From the IMG/VR virus record IMGVR_UViG_3300042564_003728: a DNA stretch of 64,000 bases; one strand, given 5' to 3'. The stretch is from a virus. Made by a program: the position numbers and the translations under genes. Below the pieces are notes generated by a model. The model saw only the letters and a program-made list of their open reading frames with translations. It was not told where the DNA came from and did no database searches. Positions 27,628-37,485 of this stretch are shown here, in pieces (positions within the stretch are counted from its first letter, which is position 1; each line of letters starts with the position of its first letter).

Positions 27628-28382
27628 CATAGGTCGATTTTATAATTAAAACTTGGACCACCCTTTGGCGTGTACTGCTCTGCGTTTGGCTCCCAACCAG
27701 GAGTTCCAACGACCGGTTCCCACTTTTTGTCGATATGTTCCTTCTTGACATATGACCACTTACGAGAAGTTTCCATTGCCGTTTCCATACCATACTCGAG
27801 CAATTGATTGTGCACAGCATCGTGTTCGTACATCTCTACGTCATCGAAGACGAAGACTGCGCCAGGATCTGATCGTTCAAGGAAAAACGCAATCTCGGTA
27901 TCAAGCGCTTCGAGCGTATGAGGACCATCGAAGTGAACTACGCTGTACTTATTGACAAGACTCTTATGCTCTGCATAGACAGGAACACCGTCTGCATAAC
28001 GATTGAAGAACTCTGTGTCTTCGAGGTTGAACATGTAGAAATTCACATTCTTCTGACGACAATACAGATACATGTTGATCATGCACACGTCGCGCATCTC
28101 ATTCGTATAGTCACAGCGACCTTCTTTGAAGATCTCGTCACGATAATATTCGATGTTGCCATACGGATCAATACCAAAGACTGGCTTCTCAGGAGTCTGA
28201 CCGCTTTCTACGAGACCGTCGATGATACGTTGTAGACCACCACCGAGACGGACACCGATCTCGACTGCCGCACCTTCTACACCTTTTGATCGAATGGCTG
28301 CGTCAGTGAGTACTTCATAGTTTCCACTGTCTGTGCCGAATTGTGCTTGGATCTGATGGATCGATACTGGTTGTTGTGACAT
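27627..28382 (-). CDS. class I SAM-dependent methyltransferase
   Basis: Motif I VEIGVRLGGG; first gene of the sugar-modification operon. Confidence 0.45.
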   Translation of the reverse strand: MSQQPVSIHQIQAQFGTDSGNYEVLTDAAIRSKGVEGAAVEIGVRLGGGLQRIIDGLVESGQTPEKPVFGIDPYGNIEYYRDEIFKEGRCDYTNEMRDVCMINMYLYCRQKNVNFYMFNLEDTEFFNRYADGVPVYAEHKSLVNKYSVVHFDGPHTLEALDTEIAFFLERSDPGAVFVFDDVEMYEHDAVHNQLLEYGMETAMETSRKWSYVKKEHIDKKWEPVVGTPGWEPNAEQYTPKGGPSFNYKIDL

Positions 28383-28981
28383 TATGTAGTTACCTTACCT
28401 CTGGTTCTGATATATTTAGCAATCATATGCATGATCGCCTGATGGACGTCTTCTGCTGCTTCGTATTCTTGAATATCAACGTGCAAAGAAATATCTGCGA
28501 GTTGAGCACACTTATTATCTGGTGAAAATCCTGTCAGAGCAATAGTCTTTATTTTCAATGACTTAGCAGTCTCAATTGCCTTGACAACATTTGGAGAATT
28601 ACCACTCGAAGAAATGGCTACGAGTACATCGCCTTCTTGCCCGAGTGCATCGAGCTGGAACGAGTAAACATCATCATAAGAGATGTCATTCGCCACGGCT
28701 GTCATGAGTGGAATATTTGCTGCCAAAGAAATAACTCTTGGTCGCAGTCCGCCTTTCTTACATCCTTTGGTATAGTCGCATGCCCAATGCTGAGCGATGG
28801 AAGCAGAAGCACCGTTTCCAATTGTATAGATGTTGTTACGATGATTCGAAATGCTTGTCAACCAAATGAGTTCGGCTGCCTTTTTAAATTCTTCATGATC
28901 GATACTTGCAAAGCCGATATTAATCAAGCCCATATGATCGAATATAATGTCAGTCTCGATAGACAACTCTTGCTCCTTCAT
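28382..28981 (-). CDS. gmhA: phosphoheptose isomerase GmhA (SIS domain)
   Basis: TIGNGASASIAQHWACDY and VAISSSGNSPNV are SIS/GmhA signatures; 199 aa. Confidence 0.7.
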   Translation of the reverse strand: MKEQELSIETDIIFDHMGLINIGFASIDHEEFKKAAELIWLTSISNHRNNIYTIGNGASASIAQHWACDYTKGCKKGGLRPRVISLAANIPLMTAVANDISYDDVYSFQLDALGQEGDVLVAISSSGNSPNVVKAIETAKSLKIKTIALTGFSPDNKCAQLADISLHVDIQEYEAAEDVHQAIMHMIAKYIRTRGKVTT

Positions 28982-29891
28982 GTGCGATGCCTACATCGAG
29001 GCACGTTCTGTCTGAAAATTCTTGGCGGATCAAGTTTTTCTGATCTGTGATTGCTAGCATGTATCCGCCGCCTCCTGCTCCGAGCAGTTTAGATCCGAAT
29101 GCTTCTGCTGATTGGCATCGATCGTACATACTATCTATCTCTTCTGAAGAGATGCCTTCAGTCATCTGTTTCTTTAATATCCATGCAGCATTCAACAATC
29201 CACCATAGTCAAATGGATTTACAGCTTGAGTGCTTTGCATATCTGCCATATGAGCAAGCTCACGAATTACAAATGTCTTGGCTTCGAAGTTAATCTTATC
29301 AAGAATCTTTGCTGCATGATGCTCTACGTTTGTAGGAATCAAGATTATGTAATTCTCGATTCCCATTGTATCTAAACGCTTTACAGTGATATTACCGCTG
29401 TTCGAATATTGAATATAGTTCATACCGCCGAAGGCAGATGCAAACTGATCTTGCATGCCAATCTTCCAACCGCATAGATCGATCTCGATGTGGCAAGCAG
29501 TCTTTGCGATGAGATAAGGGTTTACGTATTCGTAACCAAGATATGCTGATAGCGCTTTAATCAAGGCACAAGTAAAAGCAGACGATCCACCGAGACCGTT
29601 GCCGATCGTAGGGATGTCTGCGAATGATGTGATCTCGATGTTGGATTTGATACCGAAGAATTTCAAAGCGTTCTTGACAATATCGTTCTGAAGATCCTCA
29701 ACGTTCTCTACACACTCTTGTTTCGAATAAGAAACTTTGATGTGGTCGTGAGGAGTATGCATGACTGCTACATAGACATACTTGTCGATGGCAGTTGAGA
29801 TGGTTGCTCCACCCCATTGCGCAAAGTGGGCGGGGATATCACTACCCCCGCCGAAAAAACTAACTCTGAGTGGTGCTTTGGCCAATATCAC
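28950..29891 (-). CDS. GHMP sugar kinase, D-glycero-D-manno-heptose-7-phosphate kinase (HddA)-like
   Basis: PLRVSFFGGGSDIP and NGLGGSSAF are GHMP kinase motifs; the adjacency to GmhA implies a heptose pathway. Confidence 0.55.
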   Translation of the reverse strand: MILAKAPLRVSFFGGGSDIPAHFAQWGGATISTAIDKYVYVAVMHTPHDHIKVSYSKQECVENVEDLQNDIVKNALKFFGIKSNIEITSFADIPTIGNGLGGSSAFTCALIKALSAYLGYEYVNPYLIAKTACHIEIDLCGWKIGMQDQFASAFGGMNYIQYSNSGNITVKRLDTMGIENYIILIPTNVEHHAAKILDKINFEAKTFVIRELAHMADMQSTQAVNPFDYGGLLNAAWILKKQMTEGISSEEIDSMYDRCQSAEAFGSKLLGAGGGGYMLAITDQKNLIRQEFSDRTCLDVGIAHEGARVVYRD

Positions 29892-30864
29892 GGTGTTGTT
29901 CCTTTAACGAAGCGATGAGTCCCTTCCACTTGGGAATTACAGAATCCCAACCGAAGCGAGTATCTGCGTAGGCTTTGACAAATGACATCATGTTAGTAAT
30001 GTCGTTGTTCTGTACGTTCTCGATGGCATACATCAGAGTGTGTGCAAAGATGTTAGCATGCAGATTTGGATTCTCATGGTCGCCGTCATACTGTACGGTC
30101 AACCCACCCGACGTGTCAGCCAAAGCAGAGAAGTTAGGATGAACCGCCAAACAACCAGCCGACATAGCTTCAATAAGTGACCTGCACGAAGTTTCCGGCC
30201 AGATGCAAGGATATGCAAAGATGTGGGCTTTTTGATATGCGGCACGGACTGTCTCCTGATCTGCCCAACCATGATAGTTGATTTGTGGGTGCTCTTTCAT
30301 CCGATCGAAGATAGGTTTGTACGCTTCGTCGCGACTCTCCCAACCTGGACCATAAATGCCGAACGAAGAGTATACGTCTAGCTCGATGTTAGGATATTTC
30401 TCGGCGAGAGCGCAAAAGACAGGAACCAGAATCTCCAATCCACGATGAGGCGTGGACGTATAAATGAGACGAATCTTGTCCTTTGGTTTGTCAACGAGTG
30501 GAATAGGCTCGATGCCTGTTTCGATAACTGTTGAATGATTGCTATATGGAACTCCAAGATAATCACGATACTGTTGATACTGCCAGTTAGAACTGAAGAC
30601 CAACTTTTGAAAGCGAGCTCGAGAAGCTGGATCTTGAAGGTGTGAAGCTTCCGGATCACCGGCGAGATCATGTAAATGATAGATCTTAATTCGGTCAGGA
30701 TCGAGGTCGCGGACGCGAGCAGTGATAATTTGGACACCATCGAGTTCATCACTTGAAAGTCGGTGGAAAAGATTTCGAGTGGTAAGTTCTGTTCCACCAT
30801 TCGAGTCCTTATTCAGTTCGTTCAGTTCAATCTTATCTTGATTATTCATTATTTTTGTATCCAT
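29860..30864 (-). CDS. GT-B fold glycosyltransferase (GT4-like)
   Basis: C-terminal EAMSAGCLAV motif of retaining GT-B enzymes; 334 aa. Confidence 0.5.
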   Translation of the reverse strand: MDTKIMNNQDKIELNELNKDSNGGTELTTRNLFHRLSSDELDGVQIITARVRDLDPDRIKIYHLHDLAGDPEASHLQDPASRARFQKLVFSSNWQYQQYRDYLGVPYSNHSTVIETGIEPIPLVDKPKDKIRLIYTSTPHRGLEILVPVFCALAEKYPNIELDVYSSFGIYGPGWESRDEAYKPIFDRMKEHPQINYHGWADQETVRAAYQKAHIFAYPCIWPETSCRSLIEAMSAGCLAVHPNFSALADTSGGLTVQYDGDHENPNLHANIFAHTLMYAIENVQNNDITNMMSFVKAYADTRFGWDSVIPKWKGLIASLKEQHRDIGQSTTQS

Positions 30865-31207
30865 TTACTAAAAAGTCATCGTACTTCGCCTCGATGTCAA
30901 CACTTTTAAAAAACTCAACATCACTCATTGCCTTGTCATCAATCCATACGTCGTATGACGGTTTTCCAAGACGAACTTCATGGAACTTGCAGCCCCAATC
31001 ATTGAGTTGTTTATTGGTAAGTTCGGTCCAATCGATTCCTGATCCTGAACCTCGGGCTGTCCAATAAATGATGGTATGCCCTTCGTCGTACAAACTATTT
31101 ATACGATCAATACGGTACTGATATGGGCACGCAAGCTCATAACGATGTCGACCATCTGTGCATGGAGTTACACAGATGGTCTGATCAATATCTACCATGT
31201 AGATCAT
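30842..31207 (-). CDS. small HAD-family phosphatase (possible heptose bisphosphate phosphatase)
   Basis: DxDxT motif MVDIDQTIC at the N-terminus; 121 aa; in an operon with GmhA and the kinase. Confidence 0.45.
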   Translation of the reverse strand: MIYMVDIDQTICVTPCTDGRHRYELACPYQYRIDRINSLYDEGHTIIYWTARGSGSGIDWTELTNKQLNDWGCKFHEVRLGKPSYDVWIDDKAMSDVEFFKSVDIEAKYDDFLVNGYKNNE

Positions 31208-31506
31208 TCGTGGACCATGTATCCAAGGATCGAATCATAGCGAAACGATCTCCAGCCTTTGTTTTCAATATCCCATACGGCGAGTACATCTGGATTTGGA
31301 GTTTTCTTTTGCACGGCTTCTTCAAGATCAGTTTGTACTGGAAGAAGATCTGGTTTCAGAGTGCAAATTAACTTGCGTTCTGTTCCATCTTTCTTTACAA
31401 ACAAAACATTAACTACATTTTCAAATAATGTTTTCTTGAGATATTCATTCTGCCAAGAAGCTTCGTTCTGGTCTGTCGTACCATTCAACGAGTTTGTCAT
31501 AACCAC
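31204..31506 (-). CDS. hypothetical protein
   Basis: 100 aa; LICTLKPDLLP...VWDIENKGWRSFRYDSI block of a small conserved phage family. Confidence 0.3.
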   Translation of the reverse strand: MVMTNSLNGTTDQNEASWQNEYLKKTLFENVVNVLFVKKDGTERKLICTLKPDLLPVQTDLEEAVQKKTPNPDVLAVWDIENKGWRSFRYDSILGYMVHE

Positions 31507-31699
31507 CTACCTTTTCTGTGTCAATTATAATGAAAGGAACTGTTCTTACGTCTGGAAAGTTTTCCATAAACTCTTCGCGCGTAATATCTTTTCCTATCTT
31601 CTTCTCTATATACTGTTCTCCTTTATTTGTAAACAAGTTTTTCGCTTGTACACAAAAAGGGCAGTTGTCTTTCGTATAGATTAGAATATTCTTATTCAT
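31445..31699 (-). CDS. glutaredoxin (NrdC-like)
   Basis: CPFC active site in MNKNILIYTKDNCPFCVQAK; about 85 aa from the internal Met. Confidence 0.65.
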   Translation of the reverse strand: MNKNILIYTKDNCPFCVQAKNLFTNKGEQYIEKKIGKDITREEFMENFPDVRTVPFIIIDTEKVGGYDKLVEWYDRPERSFLAE

Positions 31700-31961
31700 C
31701 GCTCGTCGCTTTGCTGTAAATACCTGTTGATCGATTTTTTGGATTACCCCAAACACCGTTCGCACGCACTTTAATAAAGCGCATGTTAGACTGCGGACCA
31801 GGAACAGTAATCCATGGATTCTGGCCTTTGCGCCAAGCTTTCAGCTTATTGTAGGCCTTTTCGCCTTCGCTACGATCTTGACGGACTTCTTTCACACCAG
31901 CTACGATCGAACGACGTTGGCCTTTCGATACGACTGTCTTACGTGTTCTCTTCTTACCCAT
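31692..31961 (-). CDS. hypothetical basic protein
   Basis: 89 aa, Lys/Arg-rich. Confidence 0.25.
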   Translation of the reverse strand: MGKKRTRKTVVSKGQRRSIVAGVKEVRQDRSEGEKAYNKLKAWRKGQNPWITVPGPQSNMRFIKVRANGVWGNPKNRSTGIYSKATSDE

Positions 31962-32350
31962 TATAACACCTCATTTTTCTCAATTAATGTCAACCCGTTT
32001 TCTCGGTCTATATACTTATACTCAACTTTTGTAGGATCCCATTCAGTGATGGCATCAAACACATCTTGAATATTCAAAGTGCTGCACGTGTAAACATCTA
32101 GCTGAGCCATCGCCGGCTCGCATTCGTCCCATACATGTAGAGCAATATGACTGGTCTCGATGATAGTCACGGCAGTCAATCCGCGATTACCGACCATATC
32201 AGAATACACTGTGTATGGTCCCATTAAAATTTTCATATCAATCTGATTGACCAGCTTCTTCATCCACTCATCGATCGCCGATGTGCACTGCGGAGGATTG
32301 TTCAGCTCAGCTCTTACAATCAAATGCTTGTGTTCTAGTACCTTACCCAC
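31961..32350 (-). CDS. speH: S-adenosylmethionine decarboxylase proenzyme (pyruvoyl-dependent, SpeH class)
   Basis: IETSHIALHVWDE matches the self-cleavage block LESHISIHTWPE of small bacterial AdoMetDC; 129 aa. Confidence 0.55.
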   Translation of the reverse strand: MGKVLEHKHLIVRAELNNPPQCTSAIDEWMKKLVNQIDMKILMGPYTVYSDMVGNRGLTAVTIIETSHIALHVWDECEPAMAQLDVYTCSTLNIQDVFDAITEWDPTKVEYKYIDRENGLTLIEKNEVL

Positions 32351-32351
32351 C

Positions 32352-32774
32352 TCATAAATTCTCCTGTTCGGGGTTGAAAAGTAAAGCCTTCACGTGGCTT
32401 GTTTGAATTTTACAAGATACCCAACTATTGTAATATTTAGGATCTAAAATGGCATCTGTATCGAATATATATTTTGTTTCAAAGTAATTACATTCTCCGC
32501 GACCCTTGCAGAGTCTTAAGATCGTTCTACGAAAGTTATCTTTTCCGTAGAGATCAATGTCTTCTTTGAGGGAAGTAGAAGATCCGTAGTAGTCTCGCCA
32601 ATCGGACTCTACGCGAAGCTTCTTTCGTTTGCCTTTGACAGTTTTGTATCCGGCTTTTGTCAGATACTTACGACCTATATATTTCCTGCCGTTTACCAAA
32701 TTTTCGATGAGATATATGAAGCCATAATAATCTTCGACTTCAGTAAATTCTTTGTCTTCGTATAACCAACTCAT
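32352..32774 (-). CDS. GIY-YIG nuclease-domain protein (Seg-like)
   Basis: YGFIYLIENLVNGRKYIGRK is a GIY-YIG motif; at 140 aa there is no long DNA-binding tail. Confidence 0.5.
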   Translation of the reverse strand: MSWLYEDKEFTEVEDYYGFIYLIENLVNGRKYIGRKYLTKAGYKTVKGKRKKLRVESDWRDYYGSSTSLKEDIDLYGKDNFRRTILRLCKGRGECNYFETKYIFDTDAILDPKYYNSWVSCKIQTSHVKALLFNPEQENL

Positions 32775-32804
32775 AGATCACGTTCCATCAGGAGAAAGAT
32801 CTAT

Positions 32805-32942
32805 TTATTCTTCATATTCTTCGTCGAATGGATCTTCAAGCTCAAGCTCTGCAGAACAATATGGACAATATTCTGGAAGAGCGGTGTTTTCTGTGATTAT
32901 TTTAAATTCCTCATCACATGAGGGGCAAGTAATCCAATCCAT
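32805..32942 (-). CDS. zinc-ribbon mini-protein (45 aa), missed by the ORF track
   Basis: MDWITCPSCDEEFKIITENTALPEYCPYCSAELELEDPFDEEYEE; ATG overlaps the nrdB stop (TAATG). Confidence 0.3.
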   Translation of the reverse strand: MDWITCPSCDEEFKIITENTALPEYCPYCSAELELEDPFDEEYEE

Positions 32943-34042
32943 TATAGTGTAAATCCTTTGAATGTGTTTTCATCAACATCTTTTTTAACTCCACCAATCA
33001 CATAGCTAGTAATTTCTGTTTCTTGCGGTGCAACTTGTACGTCAGAACCTGAAATCCACTTCTGTGTCCATGGCAAAGGATTCGCTCCTGGCTTACCGTT
33101 CAGACCGATAGCACCCATACGTTTCGCGGCGATATGGTCTACGTAGTTACAAAGAAGCTCTTCGTTCAAACCAATCATCGAACCGTTCTGGAAAAGGTAA
33201 TGTGCCCAACTTTTTTCTTGCTCGACCACTCGATAAAACATGCTGATGCACTCATCTCGTGTTTCTTCTTGTATGCGAGCAAAGTCTGGATCCTCTTTCG
33301 GTAGAATTTTGAGGAGCTGTTGTGTCGAGGCAAGATGAACGTTCTCGTCCCGCGCGATGAGCTTGATGATCTTGGCGTTACCTTCCATTTTCTTAACTTC
33401 CGCAAAAGCCCAACTGCATGCAAACGAGACATAGAATCTTACTCCTTCGAGAGCGTTAACAGCATTTAGACAAAGCCATAGAGCCTTCTTGTGTTGATAT
33501 GGATCAACAGCTTGCCTATCACCAACCCAGTAAGGATCGATGGAATTTAGATTGTTCATTTCAATCAGATCATCATAGTATTTGCTTATGTCATGAGCAC
33601 AATCGGCTATTTCTTGGATGTCGAGCATCTCGTCAAATACCCTTGACGGATCTGAATAAACGTTTCGAATGATATGAGTGTAGGATCGACTATGAATCGT
33701 TTCGGAAAATGTCCATGTTTGGATCCAGGTTTCGAGTTCGGGGAGCGAACAAATCGGTAGAAACGCCAGGCTAGGCGCACGTCCTTGAACAGAGTCAAGA
33801 AGAATCTGACGCTTGAGATTGCTTGTAAAGATGTGCTTTTCATGGTCGCTTAACCCTTTAAAGTCTTTGCCGTCTCTTGACAGATCTACTTCTTCTGGCC
33901 GCCAAAAAAATCCGAGTTGCTTATCTGTCAGCTTCTCGAAGATATTGTAACGTTGCTTATCGTAACGGGCAATATTAACTTGCTTTCCGAAGAAACAAGT
34001 CTGTTCTGTAGCATCAAACATTTCGTTTGAAAAAACTGTCAT
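32942..34042 (-). CDS. nrdB: ribonucleotide reductase small subunit NrdB
   Basis: 366 aa; class Ia beta di-iron fold blocks (ARYDKQRY...FEK, FFWRPEEVD, EGVRFYVSFA). Confidence 0.85.
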   Translation of the reverse strand: MTVFSNEMFDATEQTCFFGKQVNIARYDKQRYNIFEKLTDKQLGFFWRPEEVDLSRDGKDFKGLSDHEKHIFTSNLKRQILLDSVQGRAPSLAFLPICSLPELETWIQTWTFSETIHSRSYTHIIRNVYSDPSRVFDEMLDIQEIADCAHDISKYYDDLIEMNNLNSIDPYWVGDRQAVDPYQHKKALWLCLNAVNALEGVRFYVSFACSWAFAEVKKMEGNAKIIKLIARDENVHLASTQQLLKILPKEDPDFARIQEETRDECISMFYRVVEQEKSWAHYLFQNGSMIGLNEELLCNYVDHIAAKRMGAIGLNGKPGANPLPWTQKWISGSDVQVAPQETEITSYVIGGVKKDVDENTFKGFTL

Positions 34043-34608
34043 TCAACTCTCCAGGTGCTGGTATTTAATTTAATATCTTTCGGCCAATCGCCTTCGGTAT
34101 ATGATTTATCATGGAATCGAAGTTCGTTTGTAGGCATGATAGTCAGTCTGCCATTGTCTAATTGAATAAACATAAATTCCTTCGACTGAGAAGGATCTTG
34201 TGAATATCCATCGTGCATTGGAATCACTGTAAAAAGATAACGGCCGAAAAGGCCGGTCTTTCGAATCTCTGCTTGTTGGCTGTGTAGATAGTTATATATC
34301 AATACCGAAAACTGATCACCATAACAATCCCATATCTGTGTATCTTCAAGCTGCCACGTTTTCTCTGGATTAGGCGCGAAGGCTAATGCATGCGGCGGAA
34401 CTCCACGCCAAACTGCTCCACACTCGAGCATCACATGACAACCCCAAGAATGACCAGCTTTAGCATGCAATGCAAACCAGATGCAAGGTTCGTATGTGTT
34501 TGGTTTGGCATCTTTACGAATGAACGAAGAATCTACCCAACAATAGATGTGATGAGGTATATTCCCCGATCCTGTGTATAGCATTACCAGTCCTTCGCTT
34601 CGAGCCAT
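34039..34608 (-). CDS. hypothetical protein inserted between nrdA and nrdB
   Basis: 189 aa, Trp/His/Cys-rich; no motif recognised. Confidence 0.3.
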   Translation of the reverse strand: MARSEGLVMLYTGSGNIPHHIYCWVDSSFIRKDAKPNTYEPCIWFALHAKAGHSWGCHVMLECGAVWRGVPPHALAFAPNPEKTWQLEDTQIWDCYGDQFSVLIYNYLHSQQAEIRKTGLFGRYLFTVIPMHDGYSQDPSQSKEFMFIQLDNGRLTIMPTNELRFHDKSYTEGDWPKDIKLNTSTWRVE

Positions 34609-34772
34609 TCGATTTGGTTCTGTGGAACAACCCGTGTCTGAATTTCGCCGGTTGTGGTATCTTCAATCGTAAGAGTTACGCCGGTACTATTTTCACGCGT
34701 CGTATACTCATGCACAAACCAAACTTTGCCTGCGTCTGACCACATATCACTATCAATTTTAATATATTGCAT
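34584..34772 (-). CDS. hypothetical small protein
   Basis: 62-aa ORF. Confidence 0.25.
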   Translation of the reverse strand: MQYIKIDSDMWSDAGKVWFVHEYTTRENSTGVTLTIEDTTTGEIQTRVVPQNQIEWLEAKDW

Positions 34773-34924
34773 TATCTTCCTTGCCCACGATATGCCTTAA
34801 AGTTTCTCTTCTTGTGCTTATTCATTGACGATAATTTAGGACGTCTTGTATCTTGAGATGTTCCTGTTACGATTGGAACATGTAGTTGCTTTGATGTAAT
34901 GGACTTTGCCATGTAATACTCCTG

Positions 34925-37192
34925 TTAAATTTTACAAGAGTCACAATCCTCATCATCTAGTTGCCCTTGTGCGAGTGGTTTGTTTTCTTCAATCTCACCA
35001 GCACCGTCAAAGGTGTTGAAGTAGTAGAGCGTCTTACCGCCATACTTGTAGTGCATCAAAATATGTTTGATCATCTCAGACATCGGGATCTTCTCATCCT
35101 CATAGTGACGAGGATTATAAGAAGTATTGACCGAGATTGCCTGATCGATAAACTTCTGCAGGACCGCCATAATCTTCAGATAACCTTCTGGAGACTTTTG
35201 ATCCCATAGTAGTTCGTATTTATTCTTCAGTCGTCTTAGCTCGGGAACGACCTGCTTCAGTACACCATCCTTCGATTGCTTGATCGAGATCAGAGCACGA
35301 GGAGGTTCGATGCCATTGGTCGAGTTTGAGATCTGAGCAGAAGTCTCGGCTGGCATCAGAGCCATAAGTGTTGAGTTACGAATACCATAGTCTCTAACTC
35401 GGCCAGACAGCTGTTCCCAGTCCATCTTATAATTCGGAGCAACTAATTCGTCAACATCTTTCTTATATGTGTTAATAGGAAATAGACCCAAACCATACTT
35501 AGTATCTACTGTTAGAGGGCAGTGACCTACTTCTTCAGCCAAGTCGACCGAGGCTTTAATAAGGTAATAACTCCATGCTTCAGCATACTCATGAACAAGC
35601 TCAAGGTTAGGATCAGAGTAATTAGTGTCATTACGAGCCAACCAATAAGCAAAGTTAATGATACCAATACCAAGAGGCCTACGATTCCGAGTACCAATAG
35701 CAGCGGCTCGAACAGGATAGTCCTGATAGTCAAGTAAGGCATCCAAAGCGCGTACTGCAATGGTGCATGGCTTTTCGAAATCAGCTGGCTTTCTAATCTT
35801 TCCCCAATTGATCGCTGCAAGCGTGCATAGGCTAATCTCGCCTGTTTCATCATGAATATCCTTTAGTGGTGTTGTTGGCAATGTAATCTCACAGCACAGA
35901 TTCGACATCTTAATCGGTGCTGCTTCAGTAAACGAACCATGCTCATTGGCATGGTCGACGTTCATCAGATAGATTCGTCCCGTGTCTTTTCGTTCGGTAA
36001 CGAAGGCTGAGAAGAGATCAATCGCAGGGATGGTTTTCTTTCTAACCTTACTACGTTCGTATTTTTCGTAGAGTTCTCTAAAGTCTTCAGCGCTTTTGTA
36101 AAAGGCTTCATAGAGATCCGGGACATCACTAGGTGAGAAGAGGGTGATATTACCTCCAGAAAGAAGTCTTTCATACATTACCTTATTAAATTGTACGCCA
36201 TAATCAAGATGACGGATACGGTTATCTTCGGTGCCTTTGTTGTTCTTTAGGACAAGAAGATCCTCCACTTCGTAATGCCAAAGGGGGTAATAGAGAGTCG
36301 CTGCTCCACCTCGGACACCACCTTGGCTACAAGATTTAACAGCTGACTGGAAATGCTTATAAAAAGGAATAGTACCAGTGTGAGAAGCATCGCCATTGCG
36401 TATAGGAGATCCAACAGCCCTAATACGACCGCCGCCAATACCAATACCAGCTTTCTGAGAAACATACTTAACAATTGCGGAGGCTGTTGCATTTATGGAA
36501 TCCAGCGAGTCGTCAGTTTCGATAAGTACGCACGAACTAAACTGACGTTGAGGTGACCGCACTCCTGCCATAATAGGAGTAGGAAGACTAATGTCAAATG
36601 TACTGATAGCATCATAAAGGTCCTTTACCCATTTCATTCTATTTGTAGTGTAATTTTGAAAGAGTGTCATGGCAATCAACATGAATGCCATTTGTGGTGT
36701 TTCGTAGAACTTATTCGTCACACGATTACGGATCAGATACTTTCCACGGAATTGTTCCATGGCAGCATAAGTCAGTAGGTTATCACGGTCGTGGTCGATA
36801 TAATCAGCTAGTTGAATCCACTCTTCTTGCGAGTATGCAGAAGCCAGAGCATTATCATAATACCCTTCTAGTACTACTCGACCATAATGGCCGAAAAGGT
36901 GAGGAGGTTCGTACTGACCATAGACTTCTTTGCGAAGGTTATAGTTGATCAGACGACCAGCAACATACTGATAGTTTGGCGCTTCTTCTGCGATGAGTTC
37001 GGCAGCAGCCTTGATCAGTGTCTCTTGAATGTCAGTCGACTTGATCTTATCATAAAATTGAATATGAGTTTTGATTTCAAGATCTGAAACAGAAACGCCG
37101 CTTAAACCTTCACACGCATGTAGCGCTACTTTATGGAACTTATTAATATCGAGTGGTTCTCGCGTTCCATCACGTTTCGTTACTTGAATCAT
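34925..37192 (-). CDS. nrdA: ribonucleotide reductase large subunit NrdA (with ATP-cone)
   Basis: 755 aa; N-terminal ATP-cone VTKRDGTREPLDINKFHK; catalytic blocks including the C-terminal CDSC redox motif. Confidence 0.9.
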   Translation of the reverse strand: MIQVTKRDGTREPLDINKFHKVALHACEGLSGVSVSDLEIKTHIQFYDKIKSTDIQETLIKAAAELIAEEAPNYQYVAGRLINYNLRKEVYGQYEPPHLFGHYGRVVLEGYYDNALASAYSQEEWIQLADYIDHDRDNLLTYAAMEQFRGKYLIRNRVTNKFYETPQMAFMLIAMTLFQNYTTNRMKWVKDLYDAISTFDISLPTPIMAGVRSPQRQFSSCVLIETDDSLDSINATASAIVKYVSQKAGIGIGGGRIRAVGSPIRNGDASHTGTIPFYKHFQSAVKSCSQGGVRGGAATLYYPLWHYEVEDLLVLKNNKGTEDNRIRHLDYGVQFNKVMYERLLSGGNITLFSPSDVPDLYEAFYKSAEDFRELYEKYERSKVRKKTIPAIDLFSAFVTERKDTGRIYLMNVDHANEHGSFTEAAPIKMSNLCCEITLPTTPLKDIHDETGEISLCTLAAINWGKIRKPADFEKPCTIAVRALDALLDYQDYPVRAAAIGTRNRRPLGIGIINFAYWLARNDTNYSDPNLELVHEYAEAWSYYLIKASVDLAEEVGHCPLTVDTKYGLGLFPINTYKKDVDELVAPNYKMDWEQLSGRVRDYGIRNSTLMALMPAETSAQISNSTNGIEPPRALISIKQSKDGVLKQVVPELRRLKNKYELLWDQKSPEGYLKIMAVLQKFIDQAISVNTSYNPRHYEDEKIPMSEMIKHILMHYKYGGKTLYYFNTFDGAGEIEENKPLAQGQLDDEDCDSCKI

Positions 37193-37388
37193 CTGTTCTC
37201 TTTCTTAATCCAATTTTGCCGTCGTCATAAACGGTCCATACTAGTTCAGTATCTATATCCCAACCCATGGATTCCATGAGTTCGTCTGATAATTCTATGT
37301 ACAATTCGCCGTCTTCAGTTTCTTTTACTACACTGCTATGACTCATGGTAACATCTCTATTCGATAAGGCGCTTCGTCTTTCCACCAC
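37170..37388 (-). CDS. hypothetical small protein
   Basis: 72-codon ORF overlapping the nrdA start; the start is probably the internal Met. Confidence 0.2.
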   Translation of the reverse strand: MVERRSALSNRDVTMSHSSVVKETEDGELYIELSDELMESMGWDIDTELVWTVYDDGKIGLRKRTDDSSNET

Positions 37389-37485
37389 GGATCTTCTGTA
37401 AGATCTTGTACAACCTCGAGAGCTTCTTCTTCAGACTCAACGTCTGCAACGACGATATCATTTTTATTGTATACTAGCCAATTAA

